The notes beneath the pieces were generated by a model, which was not told the origin of the DNA, searched no databases, and saw only the letters and a program-made list of their open reading frames with translations. This document shows positions 24,705 to 36,490 of a stretch of DNA of 64,000 bases, piece by piece. Origin of the DNA: Chiloscyllium plagiosum (lineage: Eukaryota); assembly GCF_004010195.1 (NCBI RefSeq), contig NC_057719.1:55572000-55635999 (forward strand). Direction: 5' to 3'. A program made the position numbers and the translations under genes. Positions within the stretch are counted from its first letter, which is position 1. Each line of letters opens with the position of its first letter.

Positions 24705-25866
24705 TAGACAAAAAACTGCAGATGCTAGAATCCAAAATAGACAGGCTGGAAGAACAGAGCAAGCCAGGCAGCATCAGGAGGTGGCGAAGTCAACACTTCA
24801 GCTGTAACCCTTCTTCGGGACAGGGGGTGGATGTAGAGGGAGCTGCAAATAAACGGGGTGGTGGGGGATGGGTGGTGAAGTGGGGTAGGTGAAGACAGGC
24901 AGGGGGTACAACCTGGTTGGTCAATCGGAGGAATGACTATACCTCCACCCACCCAGCACCCTGCAAGAATTCCATCCTGTTCTCCCAATTCCTCCACCTC
25001 CTCTGTGTCTGCTCAGACGAGGAGACATTCCACTCCCAAGCATCCCAGGTGTCCACCTATTATGAACAACGTGCTTTTCCTCTCTCTGTCATCCAGACAG
25101 CCCTACACCACAACCCGTCCATTCCCCATCCCACTGCTCTAAATACCCCCCCAAACACAATAAAGGCAGGGTCCCCTTCGTCCCTTCCCCTGCAACCGGA
25201 AAAGATGCAAAACCTGCCAATACACCACCTCACTCACCTCTATCTAGGGCCCCAAACTGTCCTTCCAGGTGAGACAGAGGTTCACCTTCCCCTCTTCCAA
25301 CCTGCTTTACTGCATCAGGTGCTCCCGATGTGGTCATCTCTACATCGGAGAGATCGAATGTAAACTTAGGGAATGTTTCATTGAACATATCAGCCGGCCC
25401 CATAGAGGCTGACCAAATCTCTCAGACACTGCCCATTATAATTCCCCTTACCACTCCCTTTCCAACATGACCATCCTTGGCCTCTCCATTATCACAACAA
25501 ATCCAACCGCAAATTAGAGTAACAACACCTCATCTTCTACAATCCGAAGAATCCAACATTGAGTTCTCCAATTTCAAATAACCTCCCTCCCCATTTCCCA
25601 ACTCCCTTCACAACCCCTCCCACTCCCATCCACTCCTCCCAGCCACCCTATTGGATTCATTCCTCCCATTGACCAACCAGTTCGTACCCTCTGCCTGTCT
25701 TCACCTTTCCCCACCACCATCCTGCCCCCGCCACCCCCTTTATCTGCAGATACCCCTACACCTGCCCCAATCCTGTAGAAGGGTTACACACAAAACATCA
25801 AGTTCTCCACTTCCTGATGCTGCCTGGCTTGTTGTATCTTCCAGCTTCCTGCCTGTCTACTTGGGA
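24705..25866 (+). mobile_element. Penelope-like fragment (RT thumb + GIY-YIG) bounded by ~230-bp inverted terminal repeats
   Basis: DYTSTHPAPCKNSILFSQFLHL..CSDEETF and CSRCGHLYIGE. 24705-24936 is the reverse complement of 25657-25866. Confidence 0.8.
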
Positions 25867-27107
25867 TGATTTCCTGAGGCAGCTATTTTCTACACTGTAG
25901 CTGCTTCCCTTCAGCTGATCTGCAATATGGATATTTTCGAATCATCCTGTTCTGAGATGTTAATACACATTTCTGGAATAAGTGAGACTTGAGCACAAGC
26001 GTCCAGGCTCAGAGGTGGATACAATACCACTGTGTCACTAGCGCCTTCTGGTTGGCAGTATTCATGTTCTGGATCCTATGCATCCCCTCAACATTTTGAT
26101 TCACAAACCCCCAATTCCCCAACAAATTCTTACAAAACCTTAAACTAATTGGCCTCAATAGGGAGCAATTTGAGCAAATGGTGATGGAACATTTCACTAT
26201 TTAACATCTTGTGCCAGGGAACAGCATACTGATATGGACACACCAGCTGGCACCAGTATTTTTAGCTGTGCCCCAACTCCTCCCCTCGGGAGGAGGGAGG
26301 GGTTGGCAAAAGTTCCAACACATTTTTGTGACATTCCTACAAAATGGGACTTTGAGTTCATCGTAAGGACCTTTATATGTGCAAGCTGTATTCTATGGGC
26401 ATACTGTACAATAATACAAGCATGTCCTGTGGCACATTGCTTCATTGGTGACTTTTACGCAAATAAGGTTGGATGTGTGTTCACTTTTGTTACTTATTTC
26501 TAACAAGATAATTGGACTATATTTACATCATTGGTCCAGTGCTTTCCGCCACCATTCTGTTACTCCACAAATTAATTACATTTTCAAAAAGCCGAAGAAT
26601 ATTGAAGAAACTTTTACAGCGAAATGAATTATTTTTCACAAATCTCAATGACCAGTGCAGATTCATAGGGTCAGACTCGAAGAGTAAGTGGCCATGAATT
26701 GTGTTTTGCCATGTCACTGAAGATGGCTAGGTCATTCTCTTTCTGTGACATAATTACTTTCAGATTCCAGTCAGGCCATCAATCAAAAGAACAAAGGTTC
26801 ATTTGTACTTTTCATGTTCTGACTCTGTTAGCTATGGTCCCTTACAGTTGATGAGAGTAATATTAAACTATACTGTTGCTTGCTGATACTATTCATCAGG
26901 TAATAATGAAGCAAGAAGCAAAGGGGAAAAAGGCAAATGCTGGAAATCTAAAACAGAAGCAGAAAAATGCTGGAAACATATGAAGCTGTAGCCACACAGA
27001 CATTTCTCTTGGCAAATGCTGCCATGCCAGCTGAGCTTTTCGAGCAACTTCTATTTTTGTTGCCACAGAGAGAAAGGTGACTTGAAAGCAATAGCTTTTG
27101 ACATCAA

Positions 27108-27322
27108 GGTTTGGAGGTGCTGGTATTGGACTGGGGTGGACAACGTTAAAAATCACACAGCACCAGTTATAGAACAAAGAATTTATTTGAAATAACTAGC
27201 TTTTGGAGTGCTGCTCCTTCATAGGTCACAACCACCTGATGAAGAATCAGCGCTTCAAAAACAAGTGCTTCCAAATAAACCTGTTGAACTATAACCAGGT
27301 ATTGTGTGATTTTTAACTTCGA
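27108..27322. mobile_element. Fold-back Penelope terminal-repeat unit
   Basis: aaaaatcacac..ccagttata / tataaccagg..gtgtgattttt arms, with a cctgatgaag..gaaa-like core. Confidence 0.75.
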
Positions 27323-27577
27323 CATCAAGACAGCATTTGACGAGGTGTAGTATAGCTGAAAGAGAGCGAGAGCAAGAGGAAGAGAGAGAGAGAGAAAGAG
27401 CAGACACCAAATGAAATAGTGTTAGAGTGCAAGAGAGTTGCTGTCAGATAAATCACAGAGAGAGAGAAAAGTGCAACAGGAGTCCAGCAGCAGGCGCCAG
27501 TGGTGATGGAGCACACTGAGCAAAGGAGTTGAACAGTTCTTCAGACCTCCACCGGTAGGTGATGATGGTAAAGGAGC

Positions 27578-27846
27578 AAGTTAAAAATCACACAACATCA
27601 GGTTATAGTCCAACAGGTTTATTCAGAAGTACTAGCTTTCAGAGCACTGCTTCTTCATCAGACAGCTGTGGAGCAGGATCATAAGATACTGAATTTATAG
27701 CAAAAGGCTCTGTGTCTTATGATCCTGCTCCACAGCTACCTGATGAAGAAGCAGTGCTCTGAAAGCTAGTGCTTCCAAATAAACCTGTTGGACTATAACC
27801 TGATGTACTGGTCCACCCCAGTCCAACACAGGCATCTCCACATCAT
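27578..27846. mobile_element. Fold-back Penelope terminal-repeat unit with two opposed hammerheads
   Basis: ctagctttcagagcactgcttcttcatcag ... cctgatgaagaagcagtgctctgaaagctag. Confidence 0.8.
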
Positions 27847-28054
27847 GGGAAAGGAGGGCAGTGGGAACAGTTCAATTGACTATTGTGAACAGGAGGGAGA
27901 GCAGACAGACAATGGAATTCCTCAGTCCAATGTAACCCACATGGTCATTTTTTGTACATTATATAAATAGTTGTCTTATTTATTCTTAATTTCTCTTCAT
28001 GTTGATAATGACTTATTCCCAACAGAATAAAGAACCATTGCTTCATGATCTTTG

Positions 28055-28185
28055 AAGAGAAAATGAGGTCTGCAGATGCTGGAGATCAGAGATGGAAATG
28101 TGTTGCTGGAGAAGCGCAGCAGGTCAGGCAGCATCTAGGGAACAGGAGAATCGACGTTTCGGGCATTAGCCCTTCTTCAGGAATC
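28055..28185 (-). mobile_element. Penelope terminal repeat with hammerhead (family A)
   Basis: The minus strand at 28149-28184 reads attcCTGAAGAagggctaatgcccGAAAcGTCgatt. Confidence 0.8.
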
Positions 28186-28689
28186 TGTGAGCCTTTCATG
28201 TGTTTAAATTTTAATGGTCATTTCAGGCACAGAGGGCAGGACTTCACAGCTTATCAAGGTGGACAAGGGTGAAAGGTGACTGACTAAGATGGCGTGGATG
28301 GTGAAGGAGTTGAAACTGGCAACGCCCATGAGAGACACTGAAGCTGTCTGGGATCAATAAGGGGTCAGGTATTGGCAGAGGCACTTGAACCTGGAGGCCA
28401 AACCCAAATAAAAGCTCCCCATACATGCTCCCTACATGCTATGCAGGAAGGAAGCAGGACTCCAGGTTGGTTATTCCACTTGTGAATGAGTAGGAGGTTG
28501 GACAGATTCAGAGCAAGACTGGAAACACCCATTGATCAGGCAATTGACAACTAGAGTAAGGATGTACTGTGGTTCTGGCAGCCCTTTCTGACCTTCAGAC
28601 GAAGATTCAGCAGTGTGTCATCAACAAACTTATAAGTAAGATCCAAGGCAGGTGTGGTTTCACATTTGCCATCAATCTCAAAAGAGAGC

Positions 28690-29195
28690 TTCCAAAATCT
28701 CAGCAAACTGCACTATTCTTAGGAAGTCCAACATCCGCAATCCAGAGCGCTGCTCCTTCATCAGGTAGCTGTGGAGCAGGATCATAAGATGCTGAATTTA
28801 TAGCACCACGGTGGCACGGTGGCACAGTGGTTAGCACTGCTGCCTCACAGCGCCTGAGACCTGGGTTCAATTCCTGCCTCAGGCGACTGACTGTGTGGAG
28901 TTTGCACGTTCTCCCCGTGTCTGCGTGGGTTTCCTCCGGGTGCTCCGGTTTCCTCCCACAGTCCAAAAGATGTGCAGGGTCAGGTGAATTGGCCATACTA
29001 AATTGCCCGTAGTGTTAGGTAAGGGGTAAATGTAGGGGTATGGGTGGGTTTCGCTTCGGCGGGTCAGTGTGGACATGTTGGGCCGAAGGGCCTGTTTCCA
29101 CACTGTAATATAATCTAATCTAAAAAAAAAAGGCTCTGTGTATTACGATCCTGCTCCACAGCTACCTGATGAAGGAGCAGCGCTCTGAAAGCTGA
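28690..29195. mobile_element. Fold-back Penelope terminal-repeat unit interrupted by an HE1 SINE
   Basis: Same arms and central junction as 27578-27846. Confidence 0.75.
28807..29131 (+). mobile_element. HE1-type SINE, young full-length copy
   Basis: Full head, V-domain and (taatc)n + A tail. Closely similar to 1143-1447. Confidence 0.9.
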
Positions 29196-31261
29196 TGAGG
29201 GAGTCTGTACTGGCATGAACTTGTTGAGGAAGTGGAAGAGGATGATGGAGGAGGATAAAGTCCTCTTTCAGCTGGTTCATGACAAGGAGAATGAAGTGAA
29301 GTAACTCATCCTTCCTGACAGCCTCATGTCCAAATGGACACCAAGTGATGGAAAAGTCAATAGCTTGGATCAGAGAACAGTGTCATTGGCCCCCTGCTGT
29401 TAAATTGTGAGATGTCTCCTTTGGCCAAAGCAGGAAGTGACTTCAACCTACATGGGATCTCTGGTCACTAAGAGACCTCTACATGTCCTTGCAATGGATT
29501 TTCCAATCCTTCACTCCAGTAGTAATAGCACCGAGAACATTTCTGTGCTCACAGATATATTCACCATGTTCACACAGGCCATTCCCACCTGTAGTCAAAA
29601 GGCCTCCATTACAGTGTTAATGTTAGTACATAATCAGTTTTTTAACATTATTTCAGTTTTTAACATTAGCTTCACAGTGATCAATGTGTGTACTTTGAAG
29701 AAAAGATCCTGTAGGAGATTTGCGATGGCATTGCCCTATCATCTAGAGAGTAATGGATAGTGTGAATAATTTAACTGTCAATTGCATGACCATCTGCACA
29801 CCATACTTCCTGAGAGTAAGCAAAAGGATCCTGAGTACTTTCTGGATCTGGTTTATATTGAGATAACACCCTATACTCAGCCATGGGTTACTCTCTATGT
29901 GATCTCTTCTTTAAATAAGACCCTGTCCTTCCTGCAGATCATGTCCTTGGTCTCACCGCACCTTCAGACAGAGATGCTTCGGTCAATGTGTGATTGTCAA
30001 GTGTCAAACAAGGCTGAGCCAGTTTTTGATGTCCAACAGGACGAGGGGAGAGGTGCCAAGAAGGAAACCATTAACCAATCACAAGTCTGATAGGATTGAC
30101 CTTCAAAATGGCACAAGGCTATTCCTCAGCAATTAAAATATCAGGAGTAGGATTAAGATACAAGATGTGTGGGATGCTGAACCCTGGCAGTCATCAAGTG
30201 GCTGGACTAAGTGGCCATACCAACCCCGTAGCTTGGGTGGGTGGGTGGGCGGGCAGTGAGAAGCAGACTCAGCATAGTTCACATGAGGTCAGAATGATGA
30301 CGATGTAAGTGGCCCACTCAGTGGTGTTGGAGAACCTGAGATACCAGTGCATGATGCCTCAAGTGAAGAGGAATTAGCTAATGATGCAAACCCTGGAGTG
30401 AGTTGTGCATTGTGAATCAGGGAGTGCATCCTGCAGGGGCAGGCCTACTCCCACCCTAGAAGATGGCAGAGGCCAGGTCAGATTAGAGGCAATGGGAGGC
30501 AAACATTGAACCAACAAGTGCCACCAATCATACAACTCCCAGAGCCCTGACTGACTTAGAGCCCAGTGTGAGAGAGCCTCGCCACAGCCCAGATCACTTG
30601 GAAAGTATCATCCTAGATGGGAGGCTGAAAGATTTTTCTCGGTCAAGTGCTGGTTATTACTCTCAACCCTTATCATTTCCCCAGACCAGTGAGCAAGAAT
30701 AGAATGCTGCTACTAATGAGCAATCCAGGAGATCTCAATGACATTGCCCTATCATCATCAGAACTTCCTCCCTCACCCAAAACATTAATTCTGATTTCTC
30801 TCCACAGATGCTGCCAGACCTGCTGAGCTTTTCTAGCAATTTCTATTTCTGTTGCTAATCATGCTTAGCACGCAGTCACTGTGGCTATGTGCAGTTTGCA
30901 GAATGGCACATTTTAAGCAGGGACTTCAAGCAGGTGGTGATGGTAATGGATTACACTGAACATGGGAGCTGAGCAATTCTCCAGGACCTCCACCAGTAGG
31001 TGGTGACAGTGAGGGAGGGCAACAGGAGCAGTTGAATGCGCTCTCACTGGAAAAGAAAGTATCCATTGGAGAGAGATTTGATGGGAAAGGAGAAAAAGTG
31101 CCAAAGAACCTCCTCAACCCAATGTAACTCAGTCATTCCCTGTACTTTGTATAAATATGTCCTTGTTTATCCTTAATTTCCCTTCATGTTTGTAATAACC
31201 TGCCAGTGAAATAAGGAATTCCAACTTCATGATCTTTCATATGTTCATGTTTCATGTTGCA

Positions 31262-31520
31262 TTAAGAAAATAGAAAAAAATGACAAAAGAGCAAGAGTGA
31301 ACACCAGATAAAACATTGTATAAGAGACAGCAAGAGCAGATGCCAGCTAAAGCAGCATGAGAAAGAGATGTAGACACCAGATAAGACCGTGCAAGAGATG
31401 GCAGGCACAATATAAACCACAAGAAAGAGAGCAGACCAGAAGAAAAAGCATGAGAGAGAGAGCAGACACCAGATAAAACAACATACAAGACAAAACAACA
31501 TGCTAACAAGACAATGGTGA
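31262..31520 (+). repeat. Purine-rich degenerate repeat (agagcagacaccagataaaac-like units)
   Basis: The motif recurs near 31295, 31371, 31428 and 31459. Confidence 0.5.
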
Positions 31521-31524
31521 CAGA

Positions 31525-31950
31525 AGATGAAACTATCACTATGAGCATTCAAATTAATAAGGAGGAAGTATTGGATACACTGTCAGTACTTTAACTTGAT
31601 GAGGTGCTGAGATATTGGAGGAAGCATGTGTGCAAATAGTGGGGGCATTGGCAATCATCTTTGAATCCTCCCTAGATTTAGGGACAGGGTGAGAGAATGG
31701 AGAATTGAAAACATTACCCCCTTGTTCAACAAAGCTTTTCAAGATACGTCCATAAATTACAATCAGTTTAACTTCTGTTGTGGGGCCCTTTGAGAAACAA
31801 TTATTTGGGATAGAATTAATAGTCACATGGATAAGAGCTGGCTGATTCGGAAGACTCAGCATGGATTTGTTAAGGGAAAATTGGTCAACATTTTTAAAGA
31901 GTTGACAGAAACAGGCTGATGAGGGCATGTGATGTATGTATACTTCTTAT
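31525..31950 (+). mobile_element. Decayed CR1 LINE ORF2 fragment
   Basis: IVGALAIIFESSLDLG..WRIENITPLF..QHGFVKGK motifs. Confidence 0.7.
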
Positions 31951-33049
31951 GCCATCTTTCCAACCACACATTCAGCTGCATTATCCTTCTATTCTGTATT
32001 CACTTGCAAATAGCAAGTTAAACCAGCAGGGAAAAGAGAAAACCATCAGGCTTTGTTGCAAAAAAGAACAGTACACAGTTTTGTTAGTTAATAAAAATTT
32101 GAATAGCTTTGCATTCTGGCTTCAGCTGAAAACTTTCTTTAACTAAATGCAGTTAAATGATTTTGTAGACATAAGCTCCTCAACTCTTTAACATATGTAG
32201 CCGCAGCTTCGGCCAATGGTGCATATCCTTCAATTTCTGCTTATGCTATTTTCTCCTGTTCACAGGACAGAAAAGCCCTGAAGCATCGACTCCAGAACCA
32301 AACATTCTGACCTTTTCACTTATGAAACTCAGAACGGTTACGGTTACTGGTTACCAGCTAAGTAGTTGACAGCCTTATTTCCTTTTATAGGCAAACTGCA
32401 ATTTTGTGAACTTTTCAGGCACTGAATTTAATCTTGCTGCTTATGCCAATCTAAGGGTACAAATTAAAAGCTAAACTTTCAATAAAGAAAATAGGGAAGT
32501 TTGCAGTAATAAAAGATTCCTTAAATCAAAAATTAAATGATTTTAGTTTGCTTTTAAAGAATAATATCTTTGTCACTTACAGACTAAAAGATAACTGCTT
32601 TCAATGAATAGACCTATACAAAAAACTGTTACTTTGGCATTGAGAGATTAAGGCCCAGATCACATAGGCAGTAGTGAAATGTTTGTGCTAGCTGCTTCCC
32701 TCATAGAAAGTTGCTGACAACGGACCTGTGATCTCTGTGGTGTAGATAAAGTCTTTCCCAATTTTGGTTTAACTAAAGCTTCTGCAGGGGTCCAGCAACA
32801 GTGATGTCAACAATTAGATTAACCATTGCAGAATTCTCACAGAAAACAACCCTGGAAGTAAAATGCACTGATTATCCATGAATTTTTTTTCAGAAAATAC
32901 TGGAATATATAGATGGAATTAAGGTAGAAATTGAAATATCATCAACTGCATAGTCTTTTTATTGTAATAAAACCAATGGGTAGAATTTTCCCAGCACCTG
33001 AACAGTGTAGGGCAATGGTGTGAAATTTACGAAAATATGCTGAGCTTTG

Positions 33050-34390
33050 GTAAATTTCTGCAGTGGATCTTATAGATAGTACATGCTGTTGCCGCTACAA
33101 TACAGTGGTTAATATATGTGATGTTAATTAAGGAGGCTGTTTCATCCTGGATTGCATAAAACTACTTAAGCGTTATTGGAACTGCAAATCATCCAAGCAA
33201 ATGAGGATTAACCCTTCACACTTTTGACTTCTGCCTTGTAGATGGGGGACAGGTTTTGAGGAGTGAGGAAGTATGTTACTGGCTACAGTATTCCTCGCCT
33301 CTGAGCTCCTTGTGTAGCCACAATATTTATATAACTAGTCCAGTTGAGTTTCTGGTCTAACGTAACCCCAGAACTTCGATACTGGGTGAATTCAGCAATT
33401 GTAATGCCGTTGAATATCAAGATTAGATTCAGTCTTGTTGGATTTTCTCATTACCTGACACTTGTGTGGTTTCAGTTACTTGCCACTTCTCAGCTCAAAC
33501 CTGGCTATTGTCCGGGTCTTGCTGCATTTGGACACGGACTGCATCAAAATCTGAGGAGTCATAATCAAAATTCTCCCTAAGATGTGCAGCTGCATACTCA
33601 CACAGCTGCTGTAAGGTTTCACACACAGCAGTCAGGGTCCACAGACTGATCACAGCATTGACTTCCAGTTCTGAATGGACTTTGGAGGCCTGTGCAGTCA
33701 GAAAGAAAACTAGAGGGTATGCTGGTCATGAATTGTGCTGAACAATGTGCAATCATCCCCACTTCTGATTTTATGATGGAGGGAAGATCATTGATGAAAC
33801 AACTGAAAATGTTTGGGTCAAGGACACTACCCTGAGAAACTCCCGCAGAGATGTCCTGGAGCTAAGATGACTGACCTCCAAAAAATTCAACCATCTTTGT
33901 TCATGCTAGACTCCAACCAGTACAGAAATTTCCCCAATTGTCTTTGACCCTAGTTTTATTATGCTTGATATCACATTCAGTCAATGCTGCCTTGGGTCGA
34001 GGGCAGTTACTCTAACATTACTTTGGGCGTTCAGCTCTTTTGTCCATGTTTGAACCCAAGGTAGTAAAGAAGTCAGAAGCACTGAGACTGGTGGCAAACA
34101 AACTAAGCATCACTGAGCAGGTTATTGCTCAGCAACATTACTGATGATTAAATATGAACTGATGGGACAATAATTGACATGTTGCATTTGTATACAGGGC
34201 ATATATGGGCAACTTTTCTCATTGTTGGGTAGATGCCAATGTTGTGATTGTACTGGAAGAGCTTGGCTAGGTTTGTAGCATGTTCTGAAACATGAGTTTT
34301 CCAGAAAGTTGCCAGGACTTTATAATCCAGTGGTTTAACCTGTTTTTGATATCACATGGAGAGCATTAAATTGGCTGAAGACTAACATCC
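33050..34390 (-). mobile_element. Decayed CR1/L2-group LINE
   Basis: Reverse complement of the family at 1448-2825 (caaggacactaccctgagaaactcc = GV.QGSVL; gccttgtagatgggggacagg). Confidence 0.7.
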
Positions 34391-35579
34391 GCAGGTAGGA
34401 TACAAATGTACTTTTTCTTGTATAGCACTCAAATAAAATTGGCATCTCATAGCATTAGAATTAAAAGGAATGAATCAGTGACAATCACCATATCTATACA
34501 CATGAGCATGGTACCAGAGCAGCATAAATACTGATTGTTATTTGAAAAGTGCTAAAGTTTAAAATTGTTCTCTTCATAAAGGCAGAAAATTCTTGAAATG
34601 CTCAATTGATCTGGCAGCATCTGTGAAGAGTAAAGCAAAGGAAATGCTTTGATTATTTTCAAGCCTTCCATGACTAAGGCCATAGGACATCTTAGTAATG
34701 GCCAGCACCTCCATAGGTATCAAAATACGTAGGTACTTTTGCCCCTTTTAATTAGCTTGAGTTGCTTCAATGACTTCCATCGAAGACCTTATTATCTACA
34801 TTGTGTATGATGCATTATCTAATTGAACATTTTGTATGAATGTTTATTTCAGTTGAGGTATAATAATGTATAAAACAGTGATAAATTATAATGATTACAT
34901 TTTCAGAATACTGAAGATTTGGTCCTGGTCTCGTCCTTTTCACCAACCACAAACCCTCCCCAACCAGCACTTGCATTTTTGCCTCCTTCCTTCTCACAGC
35001 TAAGGTCAGAAAACCCATTCCGAGTGAACTTTTTCCAGTTTAATCAAAAAAATTTGTTGCACAAGATGTGATCTTAATAACAGGTGGAAGTTCAAATGTA
35101 GATGTGCTGAACACTTTGTCGAATCCATCTGTTTGGTCCACCAGCATGACCCTGAGCCTTGAGCCCATTTACCATTTTAATTATCCATCTTGCACTCCCA
35201 ATCTGGCCTGACTTTCTGTACTGTTCTACTAAAACTTAAATTAAATTCCAGGCATCATTCTTAGCCTTTTAGACTTGACACTAAGTTTAACATTTTCAGA
35301 TGATGACCCTTACTCTCATTTCATGGGACAACACTTGAAGGTAATGATCATGCTTTTGCCATTTAAAGCTACTTCAAATCTATATTTTGATTATTTTCTT
35401 GTCTTATTATATGTCCCGTTTGCTTTGCACCATCATCCCTTTTGGCATTTAATATCACTTGCCTGTAACAGACTTTTTACTTTTATTTTCTTATCTTCCC
35501 TCATTTCCTGCCACCTTCTATACATAAGCAAGTTATATCTCTAACTTTTTTACAGATGTCATCAATCTAAAACCTTGAT

Positions 35580-36490
35580 TTAGAGTCTTAGAGTCATGGA
35601 GCTGTACATCATGGAAACAGACCCTTCAGTCCAATTCATCCATACCGACCAGATATCCTAAATTAATCTAGTTCCATTTTCCAGCATTTGACCCATATTC
35701 CTCTAAACTTTTCCTATTCATATTCCTAACTGGTTGCCTTTTAAATGCTGTAATTGTACCAGTCTCCACCACTTACTCGGGCAGCTCACTCCATACATGC
35801 ACAACCCTCTGTGTCAAAAAGTTGCCTCTTACATCCCTTTTAGATCTTTCAACTTAAAACTATACACTCTAGTTTTGGACTCCCCCATGCTAGTGAAAAC
35901 ACCTTGGACATTCACTCTATCCATGCCCCTCATGATTTTTATAAACCTCTATAAGGTCACCCGTCAGCCTCCAAAGCTCCAGAGAAAATAACTCCATCCT
36001 ATTCAGCCCCTCCCTATAGCTCAAACCCTCTAACCCTGGCAATGTCCTTGTAAATCTTTTCTGAACCCTTCCAATTTTCACAACATCCTTCCTGTAGCAG
36101 GGAGACCAGAACTGCATGTAGTGTTCCAAAAGTGCTTAACCAATGTCCTGTATAGCTGCAACAAGGTCAGGTGAATTGGCCACGCTAAATTGCCTGTAGT
36201 GTTAGGTAAGGGGTAAATGTAGGGGTATGGGTGGCCTGCGCTTCGGCGGGGCGGTGTGGACTTGTTGGGCCGAAGGGCCTGTTTCCACACTGTAAATAAT
36301 CTAATCTAATCTAATCTAATCTAATGACCTCCCAACTCCTATACTCAATGCACTGACCAGAAAGAAAAGCATACCAAAAGCTTTCTTCACTATCCTATCT
36401 ACCTGCAACTCTACTTTCAAGGAGTTATGAACCTGCACTCCAAAGTCTCTTGTTCAGCAACACTCCCCAGGACCTTACCATTAAGCGCAT
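35580..36490 (-). mobile_element. CR1 LINE 3' part, with nested HE1 3' half
   Basis: EHYMQFWSPCYRKDVVKIGRVQKRFTRTLPGLEGLSYRE and an (agagtc)n tail. Confidence 0.9.
36163..36324 (+). mobile_element. 5'-truncated HE1 SINE with (taatc)n tail
   Basis: ggtcaggtgaattggcc..ggcctgtttccacactgtaaa(taatc)5. Confidence 0.9.

Larger units (their letters stand above)
27470..31240 (+). mobile_element. Decayed Ty3/Gypsy LTR retrotransposon with both LTRs
   Basis: Diverged direct repeats at ~27470-28053 and ~30915-31238 (gacctccacc.gtaggtg, ccaatgtaac, tataaata, cttaattt..cttcatgtt, aataa..cttcatgatcttt). Integrase remnant RPLHVLAMDF..VLTDIFTMFTQAIPTCSQKA at 29407-29760. Confidence 0.7.

Noticed and set aside
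26440..26720. Overlapping 60-64 aa ORFs in unique sequence
   Set aside because: No identifiable protein, and splice-like signals are inconsistent between strands.
31252..31552. Hydrophobic 96-98 aa ORFs resembling membrane proteins
   Set aside because: They are antisense translations of a purine-rich low-complexity repeat.
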